Assembly (NCBI GenBank): GCA_036785375.1
Contig: JAWMAR010001358.1
Location: 62,001 to 126,000, forward strand
DNA from: Leucoraja ocellata
Taxonomy: Eukaryota
Direction: 5' to 3'
Length of the DNA stretch: 64,000 bases
Below, piece by piece: positions 44,401-56,400 of the stretch (positions are counted from its first letter, which is position 1; each line of letters begins with the position of its first letter). Made by a program: the position numbers and the translations under genes. The notes beneath the pieces are model-generated. The model was given only the letters and a program-made list of their open reading frames with translations. It was not told the DNA's origin and made no database searches.

Positions 44401-47400
44401 ACAACTTCATCGAATGGGCATATTAACTATGCGTCACCTCTTGCGAGTTTATACGTAGGTGATCAAGCTGATTAGTAAAACCTTAAAGGTCACAGAAATA
44501 GCAACACTATACTAAACAAACAAGTTAATCAAGATTCAGAAATAAGTGGAGGTGAGCCTTGCATGGAAAAAATGTCAAGACAATACAATGCCTTTTAGCT
44601 ATTACCGGCTCCTTGCCATTTACTGATAACAGATTTTGACCAAATATTTGGATGGATGGATGAAGTAATGAATACAGAAAAAGTAATTACCCCTCAACTG
44701 CAAGATTTAATTAATCAATTCAAAATAAAAGGTAGCTTGAAGGGTCCCAATGCAAAATGTCACATATCCATTCCCTCCACAGATGATGCCTGATCCGCTG
44801 AGTTACTCCAGTACTTTGTGGTTTGCTCAAGATACCAGCTTCTGCAGTTCCTAGTGCCTCCAAAGCTAATGTCACCTTGCTACGAGTGTGTGGTCCAATC
44901 AGCTCCCAAAACCATAAAATCAGCCACACAGCATAGAAACAGGCCCTTTGGCCCATTATGTCCATGCTGACCTAGTTGGGGTTCTGGTTCAGTCCCATTT
45001 GTCCACATTTGTTCCATACTCCTCTTAACCCTTCCTATCTATATATCTGTCTAAATGTCTTTTGAAAGACATAAACATATGAAATAAATCATTAATTGAC
45101 TAATCCTGGAACCCACCAGAATCTGGAGATGCACCTTTACCAGTAAGCAATACCACACAAGATTCAATAGTAGTGAAAAGAACTAGGCATGATAGTCATA
45201 TAATTTTTCTACGATTAAATTCAGAAATCTGAATTTATCAGTTAAAATAAAATGAAAACTATTGAAAAATAGACAGTGGTTATATTGTCACATTTATTGT
45301 TCAAGAAGGAACTGCAGATGCCGGAAGATCGAAGGTACACAAAAATACTGGAGAAACTCAGCGGGTGCAGCAGCATCTATGGAGCGAAGGAAATAGGCGA
45401 CGTTTCGGGCCGAAACCCTACTTCTTCAGACATTTATTGTTGTGTTCTCGATAGTAATGAACACATTACTAGATTCAAGTTGTTTCAGATACATCTGAGA
45501 TGCTAACGTAGTCTCAAGAGGGGAGTCAAAATTTATAGTAAGTTACCTACAACAAACTTTGCATTAGGTGATTTGAAATGGCATTGTTATCCAATCTGGA
45601 ATGAGTTTTCCAGCCAAGCATGTTGGCAAAATTAGCTGTGTGTTTAAGAAAAAGTAGTTCAAAAAACTAATTCATTCATCCATCCATCCATCTTCTGTTG
45701 AGAAAATTGATATTCTGTGCCTTCCTATGTAAATGCACTCAATATTTTCAAACATAACTCAAGCTTTCTTTTAAAATTTGAGATACAAATACATTTTCCA
45801 ATTTAATTTCTCTGTTCTATTCAGAGATTTAGTCATACTCACACACACAGGAACTCCTTTACATGTGCTCTCTCTTATAAAGCACTGTTTCTGAAGTGAG
45901 ATAACATAATTAATACTAAAAGTTTCTGTGGAATGGGGAATAAATGGAGCTATAAGCACATTTATATTTTCAGAATCTTCATTTTTTGGCAGGATCTAGA
46001 GAGTAATCCAACACACTTCACAAAAGTGAACCTTTAAAGTATGCATACATTTTTAATTAAAAATAAAACAGTAAATGCTGGAAACAATTAGCAGGTTAAG
46101 CAGCAACTATGGAAAGAGAAGAGAGTTAACTGTCAGGTCAAAGTTTCTTCAACAGAACTGAAGCAGTCTTTGATCCGAAACATTACATTTTCCACAGTTG
46201 CTGCCAGACCCAAGTGTTTCTATCACTTTCTTTTTCTTCAAGATTTCCAATTACTTAACATCTTAAGTTTGAGTGAATGCAGTCATATGTTGTTCTAAGC
46301 TGCCAAAAGGTTCAACAGGAAAGTGAAACTGACCTACCGTTTTCTGGTCAGACTTTGGTTCTAATTTTGAAGTATATTCTGACATTAGCATTTTCTTTTA
46401 TTTGAATGTGATTGAGGTATTTCTTTTTAAATGTAAAGCTTGAAATCAAATTGTTGCTTATTAATTCCATCCATGACAGTTTTTTTCCCCCCATGAACAT
46501 TTTTAAAATATTACAATGGAATATATGGAATTTGATTATCTTTGTCTGAAAGCAAATTGTGGATTTGGAAGATAAATATGTATGCCATTACAAACCCGGC
46601 AATCTATTTGAGAAGCTCAAATGACGCAAAATCAGTTCATTAAGTCCATATGAAACACAAGATTAAATCACTGTCATACTTCAAGCTACTATCATTTGAG
46701 TTTTGCTACCCTTTTTTCATCATTTTCCTTAAAGTACCATTGACGATCAGTGTCTGTTTTGTCCTTGCTGTGTAATGAAACTCATGCAAGATTAATAAAT
46801 GAGAAAGTCCTCGGCAGTGGATTAGTTGGCAATTCTATGACCAGCATGTGTGTCACAGTAATAAGTAGTCAATTGCATTCAAGGCCGAGGAAGCACTATG
46901 CATCAATACAAAAGGAAAAGTGGTTTGTGGTAAAAATCAGTTGCAATTGGGAGAAGAAAATGCCATTGTTTAGTGAATCATAAAATTGTAAAACAAGAAA
47001 AAACCCATTCCCGAGCAAGTCTTCCAAATAGATAATATTAGCTCACTGTGAACGAATCCCATTTACACAGAGCACATTATAACTTTGCAATCAGAGAGGA
47101 CATTAATAAAACATGCATCACTAAATCATTCTGAGTACCTCGTCTCCGTCTTTCAACTTCACATCCTATTCCTTCATCTCTCATGCACTACCTTAGTTTC
47201 TATCTGAAACCCTCTAAATTACATCTCAACATTGTGGCAGTGGGTATCCCATTTCAACCTTTTTCTGTCAAGTAACAATTCTATTTGGTTCTCATGATGC
47301 CTTTCCAAAACTAAATACACTAGCACCCAACAAAGCTCCAGAATAAATGCTTTATATTTCAAATTAATTTAGTGGTTGCCTTCCAGAAATATTTTCTGAT

Positions 47401-50400
47401 TAAACCAAGGAATCATGATTCACACATCCTTTACTGCAACTAGATCAAAGCAGGATTAGATTGGCAGAGGTATTTTTCTCGATGACCCATTCAAATTGAT
47501 GACTCCATATAATCTTTAAATTGCTTCACTTTTCAGGCAACTATTTAATTGCAATCAAACATCTCATTTTATCTATACATCTGATGTCACACTATAATTT
47601 ATCTGCCATGTCTTTATGTCTCAATAGTTTTTCAGGTCAACCTTAAAATTGAATAGCTGTTATATAATACAAATAATCAAAAGCACAACACCATTAGTAA
47701 TGACAGACTATCTCCAGATAACAAATTCCTTTTTTGCAGACGTCCATGTCAATTTTGCTCACGTCAGAAAGTACATTAAAAATACATTCTATATGATAAC
47801 CGTATCGTCACCGAATTGTAATGGACATCCAATAGGCGAAAAGAACAATTACTAAAAGTGGAGAGATAGAGGAAACTAGTTCTGTTAATCATAGGAACAA
47901 ACTATATATGTACATCATTTAACATTATTGGAGTTTGTTCGTATGTAGGATTGTACATACATTGGGAGTTCATAATCCAGGCGCATTCCGTAGTCATTGC
48001 TAACAAACCAGGTAATATTTGTACCACTGAAAGTTTCAACATTCAGCTAATTTATTTTTGAAGGTACAATAAACTCTTCCATTTTGTTTAATATGTTCTG
48101 TTTGATCAGTTGTAGTTTACACGACACAAAAGCTGCAACAGGTGCCACAGCCTGTACTGTTTAATATACACAATTAAATATGGCACAACATAAACTTTAC
48201 AGAATAAACAGTTAAGATATTGCATAATATATTCTTCAAATATTTAAAAAAAAACTTGACCAAAATGGAATGCAAGAAACAAATTCAAGCAGCTACATTA
48301 AATAAATTATGCTTTTGTAAGATAACAGTGGGTATGCACATTTGCACTGAAAAACCCATTAAGAAAAAATATTCAGAGTTCTGAACAAATGGAACCAAAC
48401 TGCTAATATTTGTGGCAAAAGGTACAAGTCAGAGCACGACACGTTGATCTTCAGAGATAAATTCATGCCTCAAAAATAATTTGATTTAAAATAACAGGAA
48501 ATTCTGGAAACGCAGGGCTTGAAAGTAGACTGTGGAAAGCCTGTGACTCCTTCATCGCTTTCAAGCTCTAGATTGTTTCTTTTTCCACAGACGCTGCCCA
48601 ACCTGATGAGCGTTTCCAGGATTTTCTGGTTTTATTTATTTTGGATTTTTCCAATAGCTGCAGTTTTTTGCTTTTCAATAATTGGAATTAACCAATGATT
48701 ATAGTAGTCTCTCAGTGTGGATCCAATAGATATCACTGCAAAATAATCTTTCCTAAAACAGTTTGCCTTGAAAAAACCTCAGTTTTAGAACCATTGTTAA
48801 TCTGAAATAGTTTGGTTGCATAGTAAAAACTAAAATTATGATAAAAATCAGTCATGCCAATGGAGTTTTCTTACAGTTAACATTTCTAGAAAATCATACC
48901 AAACAAGTGCACAGCTCCTTGCTTAAACAGTTTCCAGACTGATACGTGATAACTAATCATTTCATACTAAGATGTGAAAATTATGCAGATATGGATCTGC
49001 ATATTCATAAGCTGTTTTAATCTGAAATAAGTAGTTTTCTTTTAGAGCTACTAGGAAAAATACCTGTTAGGACTCGGGTGACCAAGTGACTTTAAATAAA
49101 TACTTCTGTACTAGATCAAAATTCTGTGACCTATAATTCAGAACTGCCTCTGAATTATTTAACCCATCACAAATTATTCTTGCAAAGTTCTCTGTGTGTT
49201 GTGCAATTTCATTTTAAAATAAAACAATGTAAATGATAAATTGCTGGATGTGATGAGAAGAAGTAAATGATATAATAATAAATCATTTTTTCACAAGTTC
49301 CAGGAGTAGAATTAGGCCTTTCGGCCCATCGAGTCTACTCCACCATTCAATCATACCCATTCTAATCAAGGATTCGTCTATCTCTGCCTTAAAAATATCC
49401 ACTGACGGCCTCCACAGCTCTCTGTGGCAATGAGTTCCACAGATTAACTACCTTGAAGTTCCTCCTCACCTCCTTTCTAAAAGAGTGCCCTTTAATTCTG
49501 AGACTATGACCTCTGGTCCTGGAATCTCCCACCAGTGGAAACATTCTTTCCACATCCACTCTATTATGCCTTTCATTATTCTGTAAGTTTCAATGAGATT
49601 CCCCCCTCAACCTTTTAAACTTCAGTGAGTAGAGGCCCAGTACTGTCAGACGCTCATTATTTGCTAACCCACTCATTCCTGGAATCAATCTTGTAAACCT
49701 CCTCTGGACCCTCTCCAGAGCTAGCGCATCCTTCCTCAGGTATGGGGCCCAAATTTGCTCACAGTACTTCCAGTGCGGCCTGACCAGTGCCTTATAGAGC
49801 CTCAGCACTACATGTCTGTTTTTGTATTCCAGTCCGCTTGATATAAATGCTAGAATTGAATTTCATTTCCTTACTACCGATTCGACTTGCAAATTAACTT
49901 TTAGGGAGTCCTGCCCCAGCACTCCCAAGCCCCTTTGCATCTCCGATTTCTGGATTCTCTATCCATATAGAAAATTATCTACGCCTCTATTCTTATTACC
50001 AAAATGCATGACTCCGCACTTTGCTACACTGAATTTCATCTGCCACTTCTCTTCCCATTCTCCGAACCTGTCCAAGTCCTTCTGCAGAGTCCTTGCTTCC
50101 TCTACACTGCCTGCCCCTCCACCTATCTTAGCATCATCTGCAAACATGGTCACAAGGCCTTCAATACCCTTATCCAAATCATTAATATACAACGTGAAGA
50201 GAAGCAGCCCTAGCACTGACCCTTGTGGAACTCCTCTAGTCACTGACAGCCAACCTGAAAAAGCGCCTTTTATTGCAACTCTTTGCATTCTGCCATCCAG
50301 CCAACCCGCTATCCATGCTAGTACTTTCCCTTTAATACCTTTAATCTCATCTTCACCTTATCCAAAGGCCTTCTGAAACGCACCGAAGCCCACATTATTT

Positions 50401-53400
50401 GCAACTGTTGAAAATTAATATAGCAACATAAAAGCATGATCTTGTTACTCTCACACCCTAGTGATTTTCTCTTCTCCCCTGTCTTATTAGGCAGTAGATA
50501 ATAAAGCTTGAAAGCACTATCACCAGATTGAAGAACAACTTATTTCCTGCTGTTACCAGACTCTTGAAAAGTCAGTTCATCTGCCAAGGACAAATTTCCA
50601 ATCTTCTAATCCACCTCATTGTGGCCCAAGCACTTTTTATCTGCAGTTTCTCTGTAGCATCACATTATATTCTCCTCTGTTTCTTTTGTTTGGCACCATT
50701 GATGTACTCATGTATGGTTTGATTTGCGTTGGTAACACAGAAAATTACATTAATGTTAAAGTAACATTAATGTTCACTTTCAGTACAAAAAACTATAAAT
50801 TAGACAATAGGCAATGGATCAAAAGAGCTGGCTGAGAAATTTGTGTCTCAGTTTTAAAGGCAAACCTGATCAAAGACAAGATAGCGCAATACAATCCCAA
50901 ATTATTTCAAAGGATTACAGCCAAGTTCACATACCCAGTGTGCAACAGTACCTTCAAATTTATTTTTTTCCACAGGAAATCTTCACAAGCAAAGAATCTC
51001 TCTGCAAGCACCAATTTACAACATCAGCATTGTGACTTGTTAAACTGTTTTTGTTGCTAGAATTCATAATAGCTTCCACTTTATGAATGTGCCCCATTGT
51101 ATAACTATTTTAGGAGCAATGTTATAATGCATATCTAAATTTCCAAAACAGCTTTCCAAACATTAAAATTTAAATAGATGCTGAAATCAATTGACATCCA
51201 ATTAAACCATCGTTTAATCCCAAGATTATGTGTTATTGAAAATTTATACTGCCTTTCAACACAACCTTTCCAATTCATTCAGAAGACGCTTTTTAGATGG
51301 ATATCTTAATAATTTCAGTTTCCTGTTTACACTGTGAAAAGTTAGGTTGGTGTCATGACATGATGTAATGTTTCTCAAATCCTTTCAAAAATATTATGGA
51401 AATGTACTGAGACCATCATCCTGTCAATGGTTTACTTGACGGTAATACACCACAACTGACTGCCAATATCTGGTTTCCATTGGAAGGTTTTCCAAGCTAA
51501 ATGTTCTGCTTATAGCTTTAGCATCTAATTCAAATATTCATGTTCAACATCTTAGTTGCCACCACTGACCAGAATTAAACTGGGCCGGCCATGTAATTAG
51601 TGGCTACAACAGCAAGTCAGAAGCTGGGCTTCTTGCTGTGAGTGACTCACCTCACATCCTTGGAGGTTTTTCACTTTCTACAAATCACAAATCATGAAAG
51701 TAACAAAGTTCTTCAAAATGCAGCAAACTAATTTATTTCCCCCCAATTTTTTGGCAAGAATAATTATTAGCTTGAACCTCTTATTTATTTATTTTACTTT
51801 GATTTATTAATGCTTTTCAGGATCTAGCATTGATGGCAAGGCCAGCATTTAGTCTCCATCAAGAAGCAAGACAACTTGATGCAACATGAACTGCTGCAAT
51901 TTTTCCAGTGAAAGTATGTTCAAAGTGGTGCTGGATTGGGCGTTCCAGGATTTAAATGGCGATTATTAAAAAACCGCAACATATTTCCAGGTCAGAGCGA
52001 TGTGTGGTTTGAAGATAAAAATGCCAGTGGATGTACTTCCATCTGTCCCAAGTCTGTGCCTTACTAGATAGTAGTCACGGGTTTGGGAGGTGCTGGTGGG
52101 GTAGTCTGGGCAAGTATCTGCATTGCAGTTGTGGATGGTAGACACTGCAACCACTCCATGCAGGTGGTGGAGTGAATTCATGCTTAAGGTGACAGAGGCA
52201 GTACCAATCCAGTGGGCTATTTTGTTCTGTGTGAAGGTTCTCAAATATGATTACTACAATCCCAGCAAGTGGAGAGTATCCCATTACATTCCTGACGTAC
52301 TTTGCAGGAAGTGAAATGGCTTTAGAGTGTGAGGAGGTACGTCACTCATCACAGGATATCCAGCTTCTGACCCACTCTTGTACTCACTGTGGTTATGGGG
52401 CTTGACCAATACAATTCTGGTCAATGGTGGCCCCCAGAATGTCGATCACGATACATGGTATGGCAACAGCATTGCTTGTCAAGAGCAAGTGATTCACTAG
52501 CCAATTTTGTGGACTTTCATGGTGGCACAAATAATACTTGCAATAGTATCTGTGATCATATTTTCTGCACAACTGCTATATGTTGGAGCAGGTCTGTATT
52601 TTATGCCCTTATTTATGAAATCATTGTGGGCACAGGATAAATGAACTAAAAATATTCCCTGTTAACTGCCTCGTCTTCACTCAGTAAAAATTACAATGTT
52701 GGTACATTTTTCTTAGAACAATATCAATCTCAGTTAACAGTGTAAATCCTAAAAAATTTAAGAACAGAGATTATAAATTCAGAGCATGCTTACCACTTAA
52801 CACAGTATTATTAACAATTTCAACACGAAAGTTAAACATAGCCATGTTCTCCAGCATCTGCAGTTCCTTCTTAAACACATAGCCATGTTTAATTTGGTGC
52901 ACAAAATATTTAATAGTATATTGTAGTACAATAGATTTCTCACTGGTGTCTTGCCCTTTATTTAACCCTCAATCAATAATATTGGGGAAAATAGTCTAGT
53001 CATGTATTTAGTTATTCTCTTTGAAATGTTATTGTGTGCAAATTAACTGGCGCATTTACCAATGCTATAAAAGTACCTAAGGCTCACATATACCTCCGCT
53101 CAGTCCGCAATAACCAACCTGACCTCCCGGTGGCTCAGCACTTAAACTCCCCCTCCCATTCCTAATCCGACCTCTCTGTCCTGGGTCTCCTCCATTGCCA
53201 GAGTGAGCAACACCGGAAATTGGAGGAACAGCACCTCATATTCCGCCTGGGCAGTTTGCATCCTGATGGCATTAACGTTGAATTCTCCCAATTTTGCTAG
53301 CCCTTGCTGTCTCCTCCCCTTCCTTAACCCTCGAGCTGTCTCCTCCCATCCCCCCGCCCTCGGGCTCCTCCTCCTCCCTTTTTCCTTCCTTCTCCCCCCC

Positions 53401-56400
53401 ACCCCCCATCAGTCTGAAGAAGGGTTTCAGCCCGAAACGTCGCCTATTTCCTTCGCTCCATAGATGCTGCTGCACCCGCTGAGTTTCTCCAGCATTTTTG
53501 TGTACCTCACATATACTTAATTGGTTGTAAAATGTATTGGGAAATTGTAAAACAACGGGTGCAGTGCAAATTTCGGTTAATTCTTGGCTCGAGGCACTTT
53601 TATCCCTTAACATAAATATCTAAGACTTCTCATAAATATTAGTGGTCAGTTTGCACAATGACTAGTCATTTATTTAAAGTATCAGAAAACTGGACATGAA
53701 ACACGACTAAGGAGTGTTCCCAAAGTATAAAATGTGTAGATGGATCCATGGTAACATTTGCCCTGCAAATTTGCTTTCTCAAGTGTTAAAGTAGCTTGCT
53801 TGGGAGTATTTACATTGTATACATACAGACTAATGACCAAGAGCAATTTGAGAACAAATATTTCATCTGCTGCTCATCTGAAATAGTGAAAAAACGATGT
53901 GTAATAAAAATGCCTGAAGTCTTCAAAGCAACAGTGTGTGCAGCTTTCTTCATGGTCAGCAAGGTCAACTGCTTCCATGCCATTGACTTTAATAAAGGTT
54001 TTCAGGTATCAGCTTAGGGAAGTCCATAGGGATACATAACTCAAGATGAGTGAACAGCCAATCATGTTGAAGAATTTTCATATGGTAAACCGGGAAACAA
54101 CAAATATAAACTTATTAACCAATATTGTAACCATTTTACACAATAGAAAATAAAGATTGAAACATGCAAGATAAATAAATTGAATGATACTTAAAATTGT
54201 AACAAATATTTTGTAATGTGGGAGGAGTAATAACCTACATTGAAGATTTGTTTCTGTTAGGCACCCATAGGGTGCTGAACAATATTTATGGCATAAGACG
54301 ATAACACAAATTCACTTGGAGTCATAGAGTGATAGTGTGGAAACAGGCCCTTCGGCTCAACTCATCCACACCTGGCCAACAATGCCCCAGCTACACTAGT
54401 CCCACTTGCCTGCGCTTGGTCCATATTGCAACATTTTTGAAATATTCACAGAAATACTCGTTCATAAATACTTCATTTTTCATACTTGCCTTGGAGGCTG
54501 GAAAACAGTCATTCTTGGGAAATAGGAATTACAGTTGGTTGCTCTAGGATTTTGATTTGGCATCATGTTTAGCATATACATCATGGGCAGAAGGGCCTAT
54601 TCCTATGCTGTACTGTTCTATGATAGTTAACCATGCACATACATAGCCTTTACTTGCAGTTTGTTTTAACGACAGTGATACAGATACTGTTGCCATTGTT
54701 GAAAATGTAAAATCAAGATTCAATCCCAAGTGTTCAGGTCAAAATTATGGAGCCCTCAAATGAAAGGAAAGAGCTTTAATACGTATATAAAATGGAATTA
54801 TAGTAGTTTATATATCATAACATTGTTATGACATATTTAGTTATTCTTTGTAATTTATGCTGTAAATACCTCCCTCCCAGTATAACAATTAAATTAACTA
54901 TGTGCATGGTGTTAACACTTTATTTTTATTTTTAAGATGTAGTCAGCAAACTGAGATGAATGGAAAGAAAATGTGCTTTTCCCTGTAGATTTTTACATTC
55001 ATTTCCAGATCTGTCTAATGGCAGACCTGGAAAGAGCTGAACAAGAATATTCCATTCATGGCAGTGAATGAACAAGCCTCTGTCTAGTTTTGCTAACATA
55101 CTGCCAGATTTCACACGGTATGGGAAGATGAGAAGGGAAGTGTGCAGAAATAATACAAGAAACAATAAGGGACTGTGAAAACAATTTATATACTTTTCAT
55201 AACCTCAGGAGGTATCAAAGCAATTTATGGTCAATGAAGTATGCATGATGTGTAATCACTCTCATGAAGAGGGAATGATAAAACAAGAGAGTATGCAGAG
55301 AGGGACAAACTGTTAATTTTACAGTTGGATTACATTTGAGAAGAACTGGCCATTTCCGATACAACCAGGGAAAAACTGCCTGTCTGAAATTGCTGAGTTC
55401 TGTATTGAGTCACAAAGAAAGCAATGTGCATAGGTGGAAAATGAGGATCTGCTTCAAGCTTTTGTTGTTTTTGTTGGGTCTAGATGAAACAGTATGGGAA
55501 GCAACAGATTAGCAGGTCCGAGAGAGTTTGAGATATGGATAATTAATTTAGTAAAGATACAACATGGAAATAGTCCACACAGACCATTGATCACCTGTTC
55601 ACACTAGTTCTATGTTATCCCACTTTTGCATACACTCCTTACACATTAGGGGCAATTTACAGAGGCCAATTAACCTACAAACCCTGAAGTTCTGAAGTAA
55701 TCTGAAGAATGGTCCTGACCTGAAACATCACATATTCATGTCGTCCAGAAATGCTGCCTGACCTGCTGAGTTGCACCAGCGCTTTTTGTCCTTCTTTTAA
55801 GCCCACAAACCCATATGTCTTTGGGATATGAGAGGAAACTGGAACACCTGGAAGAAACTCACACAGTCACAGGGAGAACGTGCAAACTCCACACTGACAT
55901 CACCCAAGGTCAGGGTCGAACTAGGGTTTCTGGCTCTGTGAGGCAGCAGCTTTATCAGCTGCGCCACTGTGCCACCCTAAAGTGAAAGGTAACTGGAAGA
56001 GCAGGATCATCATTGCAGAATGAATAGAGGTGTTCTGCAAAGCATCAAAATATGCAGTGCAGAGAATATTCCTTTTGTCCAATACGCCCTAACCTGCCCT
56101 CTACAACTTGTTTTTTTTCTACTTTGTTGGCACAGCTGATAGAACCGCTGTCCCTCAGTGCCAGAAGCTCAGGTTCATTCTTGATCTCAGATATCTCGCT
56201 GCATGGAGTTTGCATGTATTTCCTGTGATGGAATGGGCTTCCTATGGATGTTCTGTTCGATTCCCATATCCCAAAAACCAAAATCAATTGCACTGTAACT
56301 TTGCACCTTGGCGAGTGGTAAAATCTTGGGGTGGAGGGGTGAAGAACGATTGGGAAGTTGTTGAGCGTGAGGAGAATAAAATAATGATATTAACAATAGT

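Noticed and set aside
40057-50775. Small tandem or palindromic duplications (CAGGTTTATAAT x2 at about 40057, ATTGGTCTGGA x2 at about 43848, ACATTAATGTT x2 at about 50747, hairpin at about 48983)
   Set aside because: Ordinary slippage or repair-type micro-duplications with no further pattern.
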